Origin: Entomortierella parvispora E1425
Lineage: Eukaryota; Fungi; Mortierellomycota
Direction: 5' to 3'
Length of the DNA: 64,000 bases
NCBI GenBank assembly: GCA_020891255.1
Contig: BQFW01000001.1
Span: 1,302,001 to 1,366,000 of the forward strand
The notes under the pieces were generated by a model. The model was not told the origin of the DNA and searched no databases. It worked only from the letters and a program-made list of their open reading frames with translations. The position numbers and the translations under genes were made by a program. Below, piece by piece: positions 24,401 through 35,510 of this stretch; within the stretch, counting starts at the first letter, position 1, and every line of letters begins with the position of its first letter.

Positions 24401-25433
24401 GTGTAAGGGGCCATTCCGCTATCCTGGTTCATGCTTCAGAATGGGAAGAGGCAACCGACTTGCTGGGAAGTCTTCACCCAATATCTTTGCTCTATCTCTG
24501 CTATTCCCTGACGCGCTTTAATTGTTGCAGGAACCTGCATGCTTATTTCCTTACCTTTTCCCCGCTTTAACAATCAATTGAACAATAGGGGGTGGATCGA
24601 TAGGCCGACGGTCAGCTAAAGAGTTCGCAATTCAATATCCAAAAAAAAAAAGAAAAGCTGGTTAGTTTCTTGAACCCTTTCCTCTCGCACAACTCAATCC
24701 TGTCGTCGCAGGGCAATAACTCATTCCCCTTTTTGACGAGTGGGGCAAAATCCAGAAAAAAAAAGGGTCCACCCAACACGATAACACGGCAAAGAAACGG
24801 GTACGAGCAAAACGGGTCAGTGATCACCCCCTGCACTGCCCACAAGGGCCACTCCCACCGCAGCAACTTCAACACACAGCACTTTTTTAACAAAAACTTG
24901 AAGTTGCTATAGATCGCTGCCAGATCGTTGCCAGATCGTTGCCAGATCGTTGCCAGATCCGGGTGACTATGTGATCAGACATCTCCAAACAATAAGTGCG
25001 AACAAAGGAGACAAAGGGACTGAATCATGGAAAGTATGCGGAGATGGACGTCCAAAACGACCCAAAGGGTTGACGAGTCTCCTGTAACAGTATATCGATC
25101 AAAAGTTATGTTAAACTTGCCTTTCTCGCCTACACCACACATGCGTGATTGCTTTGGCTGCTGTCGGAGAATAAGCTGGTATTCTCTGGAGAAGCATGAA
25201 TTGACGGAATGAATGTCGATCAGCAAAAGGAGGGGTGAATGGCAAGATTAGTCACAGTCAATCGCCTTTATAGTTCCTCATGTTCTCATTCTTTGAGCAT
25301 AAATCCTGCAGAATCCGATTGCGACGCGTTGTTCGGTCTGTCTGTGAACTTACACATTGGCGCGCTGATCAGGTCGGACCCTTTGACAAACAGGAAGGAA
25401 CTGGTACGGGGGCAGCTCCTCAGATGTCGACAT
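21439..25433 (-). CDS. Velvet-family (VeA/VosA-type) regulator: N-terminal velvet domain split over several short exons plus long Pro/Ser/His-rich tail
   Basis: Assembled exons: MSTSEELPP...ANV|EYQLILRQQPKQSRMCGVGEK|ADRRPIDPPPIVQL|...FLQNPYYFMHASL...GFFVFPDLSVRMEGVYRLKFSLYEI|...SDPLIVYSAKKFPGME|ESTMLSQYFADQGLKIRIRKE. These are diagnostic velvet motifs. Confidence 0.93.
24912..24959. repeat. 11-bp tandem repeat (GCCAGATCGTT) x~4 in velvet intron 2
   Basis: agatcgctgccagatcgttgccagatcgttgccagatcgttgccagatc read directly. Confidence 0.88.
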
Positions 25434-27171
25434 TGATCGCGTCTGTCACTGGTCGCGCTAATTGAAGTTTTCAGTACACTTCCTAGTGGTAGAGGTGGTG
25501 ATGTAGCGGGCGAGACTGGAAGAGGAAAGCGCAGACAATAACGGGGGTGACGAACAAAGACGTGAGCTCCAGGTACCGAGAATGTAAATGGGTTTGGGAC
25601 GAGAAAGAGAGCAATGTGAAGTAGGGTAGTGACAGAGTAGGTCAGAGCGGCGGAGAAGGAGCCTTGTGGGAAGAGAGATTGGAAAGGGGTGGAGCGAATG
25701 TGTGTGTGGGTCGAAAGTAATTGAAAGGAGAGAAGAAAGGGAGCGAGAAGAGCTCAATGCCAAGTGATGGGGATGGACGGAGGAATCAAAGTGTGGATGG
25801 ATGGAGAGAGGCTGTTGTGTTGCTCCGCTTGCTCCACATGGGTACGACTTTGCTGTTTCCTTCCTTCCCTCGTCCCCTTCCAAGGTTCTTTCCTACGAAA
25901 CCAGTAGGACGCAAAGGCACTGTCTAGCTGGCCACTCACAGACACCTCAGACACCGCCCAGTCGACTGGTCTGCCAAATCCTGCCTGCTTCCCACTTTCT
26001 TGTCCCTGTCTGTCTATTCATGCCCACAGACCAGCCAGACCAACGACGCAGAAGAAACTCCAACCAGCGTGGCTCCTGGGCCGATGGTCGTCCACTGCAA
26101 CAAACTCTGTTTTCGTTTTCGTTTTCAATTTGTCCCCCCTTGCGGCCCTTCGTTTCGTCGTCGAGTCCCGCTGCCATCTCTGACACCAACCTCCGAGATT
26201 GGATGGGATGTGCGGCTCTGTTTCTGTTCCTGGTCGTCAGTCGATCCATCGGTCTGTTCGTTTTTCCTAGCCGTCAAGTCGTTCAATCCTCAACAGTCAT
26301 GCATGCCGCCAAGCTGGCGTGAGTCCTCGATTTCCTCCACAAACCTTCATTTGTAGAAAAATTACCTCGAGTCGACTTAAGTGTTTTTGTCCACTGCCAC
26401 TGCCCAACACAGACACAATATGCAAGAACAGGTCTCCCGACTTTCCATTGGCATGGGGACTTTGGGCAGGTTAGTTTGCTGATAGGAGAACTGTTGACTG
26501 CGTGCCTCATTGCTATCAATCGTGTTGACGACCTGTGCAAAGGGCCATGAAGTTTAAAAACGTTCAGGAGCACCAGACTAGTGTCAATTTCAACACAAAC
26601 AACATGCCAACATTTCATTGATGGACCGTATCCGATCAATTGATCCTCGGCCCAGAATCTCGGGCGTGGGCATTTTTCTCTTGTTCACGTCCATTCCACT
26701 ATGTCTCACCACCAATGTCCCCGTTGCTCTCGCTCTCTCCCTCTCTCCCTCACACCCGTCCCCTTGGGCAACACGCGTCTTCGCTTTTTTTTTTTTTTTT
26801 TTTTTTTCTCGAATTGTAAAAATATCCAAAGAAGGAGACTAAGTCCCGCTCTTTACTTTTTCATTGTCTTGTGGAAACCTTCTTCCGTTCCTTTCTAATT
26901 TCTCCGCAACGGGGGTGCTTTGGTATCCGCAAGGGAAACATGTTGTAAAAAAACAAAAGTTCTAGGCCCGAAGAAACTGTTCAAGAGCCAAAAAAGGTCA
27001 CGAGACTAATCACATGATACATATTTGACCTGAGTATATTTTGAATTTTGAATCGAGAACAGTTTAGAGGAGCGAGGGCGCTTCGAACTGCGTATTCCTG
27101 TGGAAGCATTTCCACACAAATTTCATCCGTTCATCATCACTTTCACCTGAACTCAGGACCACGAACGAACG

Positions 27172-30100
27172 AGTATGCATTGGAATGGACACCACATGAC
27201 TAATCCTCTTCATGGAACTCTTAACGAACGAAGCTACCCATGGCTTCATCTTGCTAGATTCCCATCCCAACTGACCTTGTCGTCACTTTACAATTCACGT
27301 ACCATTAGTGTCGAATACTGCAAAAGGCCAGCTTCGACAAAGGACAGTTGCACCTGCGCCTGCAAAGGCCGTCGATGCTTATCGCGAGGAAGACCACGAT
27401 CACAGCGGACCCAAGAAGGTCAGTTCCTTGTCTTTATTCAGGACGTCACAACCACCAGTATTGAGCGCGTTCTCACTTATGTTTTATTAGATTGTCACGT
27501 CCCTGTTTTCGAAAAAGGAGCAAAACAACTCTTGGCTGGTGCTGGCTGCATTGACAGCCGTTGCACTTGTCACTCGCTTTTACAAGATTTCCGAACCAGA
27601 CGAGGTTGTGTAAGTCCAGGGACGACAGGGTTTATTCATGAACGAAAGACTGATCGCTGACCTTTTTTTTTTTTTTTTTTTTTCATTTTCATTGTTTTAT
27701 CTTAGGTTTGATGAGGTGCACTTTGGAAAGTTTGCCTCTTACTATCTTCGTAGGGAGTACTTTTTCGATGTTCATCCCCCACTGGCAAAGATGATGCTCG
27801 GTGCAATGGGATACTTAATCGGTTACGACGGACATTTCCTTTTTGATAACATTGGGGACAACTACATTACCAACAACGTCCCCTACATTGGACTTCGCGC
27901 TTTGCCCGCCTTCCTCGGTGCCTTGACTGTTCCTATCGTCTATCAAACCATGCGCGAGGCTGGATTCCCAATTGTCACTTGTGCCCTTGCTGGATTCTTT
28001 GTCACGTTCGGTAATTATAATTAACTTTGATTTTGGGAGCGAGTGAAGGATATCAGTGCTAACTAACTGTATGACGCCTTCTTTACTTATAGACAACATG
28101 CTCGTCACACAAACTCGCCTGATCTTGCTAGACTCTATGCTTGTTTTCTTCATGGTCTGCTCCATCTTCTCCTATGTGAAGTTTGCAAAGACTCGTAACG
28201 TGTAAGCTGTTGAAAAAAAAGGAAGGGCTGAGCTTTATTACAGTTCAACGGATCCAGAAGAGCCTGCCCAGGAGAAAATGAATTAATCACCCTGCCTTTT
28301 TGCCCAAATCTATCTTTAGCCCATTCTCCTTCCAGTGGTGGTTCTGGCTTGTCGCGACAGGACTTAACATTGGTTTGACTATGAGGTACGTTCGGCTCAT
28401 GCTGTTCATAATTCACGAAGTGGCTCAAGGGTCCAAAACAAGTGGCTTACTCACAACTACATTCAACAATAGTGTCAAGATGGTTGGACTGTTCACTGTT
28501 GCCACTATCGGAGTGGCAGTTCTTTGGGATCTCTGGATCCTCCTCGACATTCGTCGCCGCTTGACCATGCAAGAGTTTATGAACCACTTTTGGGCACGCG
28601 CCATTGGCCTTATCCTGGTGCCCATTGTCGTGTACCTGTTTTGGTTCTATGTTCACTTTGCGGTTCTTACCCGTAGTGGATCCGGAGATGACTTTATGAG
28701 CACCGAGTTCCAGGAGACATTGAAGGGAAACAGCATGGCTGACGGTCTTTGTATGTATCACGTTGCGTTCTAGCCATCCTGAAGTCAGATCTGAAAACAC
28801 ACCCCATTTACTTACTAAACAATTGTGAAAAATAGATGTTAAATACGGCGACAACATCACCATCAAGCACAAGGATACATCGGTCTACTTGCACTCCCAT
28901 CCCCATCTTTACCCTCTCCGCTACGATGATGGACGTATTAGCAGCAATGGGCAGCAGGTGACCGGATATGCCCACCGGGATCCCAACAGCATTTGGCAAA
29001 TCACTTCGGACGATGTTGCTAACCCAAGACTGGGTGAACAGGTCAAGGACAGGGATGTGATCCGCCTGTTGCACGTCGCCACTTCTTCCTGGCTTTTGGC
29101 CCATGATGTTGCTTCGCCCACCATGTCAACTAACGAGGAGATCACAACCTACTCGACCGAGGAGGATGGTTCCCGTTTCAACGAAACGACTTTCCAAATC
29201 ATGTTGGAGAGTGGTGGAGACAAGTTCCGCACCGTGGCCAGCACCTTCAAGCTCTTGCATGTCGACACCCAAGTCGCTATCTGGACTCATTCTCAAAAGT
29301 TGCCTGCTTGGGGTTTCGAGCAGCAGGAAGTGAATGGCAACAAGAACATTTTGCAAAAATCCAACCTCTGGATTTCAGACAAGATCGAGGGCAAGAATGG
29401 TAAGATTATCTGTTAATGGCATATGTTTTTTTCTTCATGAATCGCTCTGACAAGTACCCCGGTCTCATCATCCTTGCGTATTCCCTTCATAGCTACTGAG
29501 ATTGATCAAGCAAGCCAGAAGCCTGTCAAGAAGCGTGCCTTCATTCTCAAGTTTTTGGAGCTCCAGGCAAAGATGATTTCTCACAATGCAGGTCTGACGG
29601 CTTCTCACCCATACCAAAGCATGCCCATTGAATGGCCTGTTCTCGCCAAGGGTATCTCATTCTGGACTCAGAACGACACTCGCAAGCAGATTTACCTCAT
29701 TGGCAACCCACTTGGTATGTGGATCGCCCTCGCAAGTTTGGCCGTCATTGTCGGTGTTGCTGGCGCCGATATTTTGAGCCGTCGTCGTGGATTCTACCCC
29801 TTGAACCAGGATGTCCAGAGACGATTCTATTCTTCCACCGGGTTCTTCTTCGTCGGTTGGATTCTCCACTATATGCCCTTCTTCCTGATGGGTCGTGCGC
29901 TGTTTCTGCACCATTACATGCCTGCTCAAGTGTTCTCCTACATGGTCCTGGCGGCCGTGCATGGCTTTATCTTTGTTGAGGGTGTGGATGGACCCGTGTC
30001 TGAGCCTGGCCCCGAGACGAGGGCTCGCCGTGTGCAAAGAGCGGTCGTGCCAGCAATTGCGTACGGCAGTGCGGTTCTTTTGATGGTTCTCCACTTGGCA

Positions 30101-30208
30101 TCATTTATGTATTTTGCGCCACTGTCGTACGGAACCAGCGCTGTGGATGTCCCAGGTCTTGCTCGCCGCAAGCTCCTGTCCCAGTGGGACTTTCACTTTG
30201 CCAAGTAG
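27172..30208 (+). CDS. PMT4: Dolichyl-phosphate-mannose:protein O-mannosyltransferase, PMT4 subfamily; multi-exon
   Basis: [31 protein letters not shown], MIR domains (LHSHPHLYPLRYDDGRISSNGQQVTGY), SHPYQS-P-EWP, RKQIYLIGNP, LFLHHYMPA; ends ...QWDFHFAK*. Start codon inferred to be split A|TG across intron 27173-27308. Confidence 0.93.
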
Positions 30209-30542
30209 ACAGGTAAAGGTAGATGAAGGAGGCGAGTAGAGAGAGAAGGATGAAAGATAGCTCCAACAGCATCGGAGCAAAGCAAATAAAAAGTGAAAAG
30301 TCAAAACAAGACTTCGTTCCCCCTTTTGGCGCAGATCCGCGCCCCAGACTACAGGGACAGAGCACAGAACACACAGAACAGACAGCCACTCAAGGGACAG
30401 CGTGCGGGGTGAGCTTCCCACGGGTGTCAGTGGGGGATGGATGCTTCTTTTTCGGTCTTTGCTCTTCTTTTTTGTCTTTTTTTTTGTTCTCATCACTCTT
30501 CTCTCCTCTCTGCTATACTCACATCAATCTACTACTACTACC

Positions 30543-33153
30543 ATGGTAAGGCTGCTCATCAGCCGAATCGCACTCAGGACCCCTTTTGCTACTGTGCGCA
30601 CCCTCTCTGCGCGCTCATTCTCCTGCACCGCTTACAGTGCTTACTCTTCTTCTGCAATGTCAATGTCAACCTGGAATGTATGGAGTCTGGTCTTTTCTGA
30701 CAAAAAGGATAAAAGAGCAGGAACGCGCCTTCACCCTGGAGAACGTGGTCAATAACAACAACTCATTTGGATGCACCTCCAGCGGCAAACTTGTTGACAA
30801 ATGAACAAGATTCACTCCTTCGATTCATTGTTCCTGAATCGTGGCTAACATTCTCTCCTTTTTCTGTTTCTCTAGACCGAAATCCTCCCCGCCCCCGTTG
30901 AAGCCAAGGACTTCTTGGACTTTGTCAACCAGGCTCAGTCCCCTTTCCACGCCACGGAGCAGGCTGTGATCCGTCTTCGCAAGGCTGGATTCGAGGAGAT
31001 CAAGGAGAAGGATAACTGGGACCATGTGTTGAAGCGTAACGGAAAGTATTTCTTCACTCGCAACAAGTCTGCTGTCATTGCCTTCGCTGTCGGTGGAAAG
31101 TACCAGCCCGGTAACGGATTCTCGGCCATTGGTGCTCACACTGATTCCCCTTGCTTGAAGGTAAAAAAACATAAACGGCCAGGCTTGTGAGTGTGGCGGA
31201 TCCGAACCCAACAACAAAAAAAAAGAACGCCCATTCTCCCACCCCGCCTCTCGGAGACTGCGGCGAGAGCTTTCCATTGGATGATGTGAAGCCATGTTTA
31301 TCCGAAGGACGAGTTCTAATCCAAAGGCGGACACCTTTTTTGGTCTATTTAGGTCAAGCCCGTCTCCAAGAAGGAAAAGTTGGGATACCTCCAGGTCGGA
31401 GTCCAGCTTTACGGTGGTGGACTTTGGTATGGACAAATTGACTCATGCCTCTCTCACACTGCGAGATGAGATAGCCGCGTAATTGTTATTAACAGTATGC
31501 GACATTTTCTTTCTTTTTTTGTACAGGCACACTTGGTTCGATCGCGATCTCAGGTGAGGATGACGAACACTCCATTGAACTGTTTTGACAAGGACTCGTC
31601 ACGATACTTACAAGCTCTTGGTTTATGTTATAGTGTTGCTGGTCGTGTCGTCGTTGAGACCGAGGATGGCAAGCTCGAGAACCGCCTCGCCCGCATTGAC
31701 AGACCCATTCTTCGCATCCCTACCTTGGCCATTCACTTGGATCGCTCCACCAGCACTGATGGCTTCAAGTTCAACAACGAGACTCACTTGACCCCTATGA
31801 TCTCCACCGTCACCAAGAGGTTTGTGATGTCGCTTTTGCTATATGATCTGTTCTGAAGTAGCTGGTTTCCGACTATTAACACACTACTGCTTCTGTTGAT
31901 TTAGCTTGACTGGCGAGCCTGCCAAGCCCCTCAAGCCCGACACCGAGCTCAACGGCGACATTCCCCTCTACGAGAAGCACCACCCCGTCCTTTTGCACTT
32001 GCTCGCTCAGGAGTTGAATGTTGACAGTATGGACATTTACTACAAATGTTGAAAATACCGTTTGCTTTAGAACTTCAGAAACTGACTTGTACTTTTGCTG
32101 TTTCTGACCCACAGAGGAGAAGATTCTCGACTTTGAGCTCTGCCTCTACGACACCCAGCCTTCCGCCATCGGAGGTGCCTACAACGAGTTCATCTTTTCT
32201 GGACGTTTGGACAACCTGATGATGTCTTACTGCTCTGTTGAGGCTTTGATCCGCAGCTTGAACAACAGCGAATCTTTGGCCAACGACCCCAACATCCGTC
32301 TCGTCTCTCTCTTCGATAACGAGGAGGTTGGATCCAACACTGCCCATGGTGCCGACTCTAACATGCTTCCCAGCACCTTTGAGCGTCTCTCTAACGCCGT
32401 CTATGACAACGAGACTGCTGCCAACAGAGTAGGTCAACCTCAGAATGAGCAGTCTCTGGTGCTATTTCTTCCCATCGAGCATGTACTTACCTTGCAGCTT
32501 TTTCCACTTTCTTTATAGTCCACCACTGCTTACTTGCAGGCTTTGCCCAAGAGTTACTTGATCAGTGCTGATATGGCTCACGCTGTTCATCCCAACTACT
32601 CTGAGAAGCACGATGATGGCCACCGCCCTCATATGCACAAGGGTGTTGTTGTCAAGATCAACGCTAACCAGGTATGCTTCATAACATGTGCTACTCTCTT
32701 CGAAATGAAGGCACGTTCAATTACATTGTAATCATTGTAATTAACTCTTATTTTTTCGTAAATAGCGCTACGCCACCACTGCTCCCACCACCGTCGTCTT
32801 GCGCGAGGTCGCCAAGAAGTACAAGGTTCCTCTCCAAGAGTTTGTTGTCCGCAACGACAGCCCCTGCGGCTCCACCATTGGACCCATGCTCTCTGCCAAG
32901 CTCGGTCTCCGCACCGTCGGTATGTCGAGGATTCTTTCCTTTTTTAATCATTTTGTCAATGTTCTTCATCATTTCTAACAATTTTTTTCCCCTCTCAATA
33001 CTACTTTAATCTGCAGATGTCGGCAACCCCCAGCTCAGCATGCACTCTTGCCGCGAGGTTTGCGGTACTGAGGATGTTGCTTTGGCCATCAAGTTGTTCG
33101 AGGGCTTCTTTGAGGAGTTCCCCGCTGTCGATGCCCGTTTGACCGTCGATTAA
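30543..33153 (+). CDS. APE4: Aspartyl aminopeptidase (M18, DNPEP/Ape4) with N-terminal presequence; multi-exon
   Basis: [108 protein letters not shown]. Confidence 0.95.
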
Positions 33154-33378
33154 ATACAGCACGACCCCCCCCCCCCCCAAAAAAAAGTGCGTTGATAAAT
33201 AGTCCGTTCATTAGCACTCTATTCCCCTTCTCATTTCTCAGCCTCTTTGCCCCACCTTTCCTACAAATTTGTTCACAGACGACTGCAAAAAAATCATAAA
33301 GTGTTTATGGCAGATTTATTGATTTTCAAACCACACTGGTTGAAAAGTAATAGTGTATAGTACAAAGGGAGGGCATTC

Positions 33379-34879
33379 TCAGACCTTAGTTCCCCAGGTA
33401 GCTGCAAAATGACGTCTGGCATGGACATTGGCATTCAGACCCAGCTTGTTGGCAAGTCTTTCCCGCTTCGTAACTTCAAAGTCCTGTGCACTTTGGTTCT
33501 TGACGGCAACCATGCCCAACTGTTTAGAGCCCACACTCATGGTGGACTTTGAGAGCTGGTTCTGGGACTTTAACAGGTTCTTGGAGACATGAAGACCAGG
33601 TTGATGAGTATTTTTAGACAAGGCGGTAGAGTTGTCCTTATCGTCGTTGGTTGCATCTGCCTCTGCCTCCGCGGACTCGGGATCAGAGGTCTGAGGCTGG
33701 CGTGTTTCATTGGATCGGGGAGCGAGCGTGACAGAGCGAGACTCTACTTTTTGACGGCGGACAGCATCCTTGGGTGTAAGACGACGGTTGTTAAGGACAA
33801 GCTCGTTGGTCTTCGGGTCAATTTTGATTCCTGCAGTCGCACCGGAATCGGGCAAGATCCAGTTGCCGTCCTCATCAACCAAAACGCTGTTCAACTGCTG
33901 CTCATCCTCATCCATAGAGCTGACCTCATCTTCCGCAGCCTCATCGCTGGAGCCATCAAATGCATCCTCGGACAAGTAGAAATCCGCAAACTCCCTCTCA
34001 GCGCCACGGTCCATGGCCAGTTTGCAATGGCCCTTGTCCAACATGTGTCTACGCACACTGGCCAAGTTCTTGAACTTTGACTGGATCTCCTGATCTGGCT
34101 TCAGATCCTGAGAAAACACCGAGGGTGTGCACCAAAGACAATCCAGGTTCTTTGTCAGCTTCTCGGCCAAGTACTCAAGCATTCCCTCGAGGTCGATCAG
34201 TCGTTCGGATGAAGGCAAGAAGAATCCATGGACAGAATACATGTGGTCGTAATTGTGCAATCCATCCTCAGATTCATGGGAACAAAACAGACAGACGGTT
34301 TCGCTGGGTTCCTTTTGTTCTGCGGCCATGGTGGTATTGCTCTGTGAGTTGAGGGTAGTCGTGGTCGTGGAGGTTTCTGCTGCTGTTGAATCCGTTGCCT
34401 CTGATTCTGTTGATGCAGCGGCTTCCTGTTCCTTCTTCATCTTCTTTTCGTAAAGGGCGGCGATCTGCTTATGCTTCTTGGACTGTTGATGGTTTTCAAA
34501 GGCCTGGAAGGACAAGTATTTCTTTCCACAGGGAACACATTCCGGTTGAGGCACCTCAGCAGGGTTGGCCTGTTCGCGCGAAGCGGTGACCAATTGAGAA
34601 AAGACTTCAGCGGGCACGGGAGGGAGACCGACCATCTTGCGTTTGAGGTTATAGGTATGCCAGTCGGATTTGTGATGTTGTTGCTGAGTCTCCAAAGAAG
34701 GGAGACGGATTCCACAGGCGAGGCATGTTGTGCTTTGTCCTGTAATTTAAAGGAGGAGAGTCAAGGTTAGTCAATACTTTCTGAGCTGTGGAGACACAAG
34801 GTCATGGAGAAGAAACAATGCGGAGAAAAAATGGTTTACCGATGGACGCTTGAGGAACGCTGATGGCGTAAGTGGACAT
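33379..34879 (-). CDS. REI1: Cytoplasmic pre-60S maturation factor REI1/ZNF622-like C2H2 zinc-finger protein
   Basis: Exon 1 MSTYAISVPQASI, then TCLACG...HHKSDWHTYNLKRKMVGLPPV, CVPCGKKYLSFQAFENHQQSKKH, CLFC...HMYSVHGFFLP...DLEGMLEYL, VRRHMLDKGHCKL. Confidence 0.88.
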
Positions 34880-35510
34880 TAGGGTAGTAGTGGTGGAGGT
34901 AGGAAGACGAGTAGTGGTTGTTAAGGCGAGAATGATGAGAAAAGTGAGTTGCTGAGGTTGGTGAATGACAAAGAGGTTTGCGTCTGAGTTGCAGGTATTT
35001 ATATTGAGAGGTGTCTCCCTCTTGACTAAGCAAAAGCACCAGACGCCACTGTGTTCTGCGAGGATCGATTTCGCAGCAAAGGCCGCTGGGTCGTCTCCCG
35101 CAGTTTTTGCCCTTGTGCAACGGGTCTTCAATTCAAGCTTCTCTGTTGCTGCGGCTGCTCTGGTGTGGATCCTGTCGCAGTCGACGCAGCTAAAGTACGT
35201 CTCATGTCCCTTCGCCTCGCCTCTGTTTCATGTGGACATGTCTGCTGCGAGCTTGGCACAAGTGTCCAAAAAGAGAAGATACCGGTCTGCCGGATGCTTG
35301 ATCTGGTCCACAAGGAACCAGTCAGTTCTAAGGTCACGTGCACCCATTTCTCACCCAACCGCCAGACCGCAAAGTGCAATGGAGCTGTCGCCAATGACAT
35401 TCGTCAGGTCTAAATGTACTTGTGTTTCTTCCTCTTCCTCTCTTGTTTTCTTTGTCTTTTCATTGTCCTTGTTCTCTTCCTTACTATCCTTAACCACCCC
35501 AACTCTAGTT

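Noticed and set aside
34965-35510. N-terminal 182 codons of the 819-aa ORF
   Set aside because: They overlap the REI1 promoter and a CT-rich 5'-UTR-like tract. The F-box-like motif begins right after ATG 35511.
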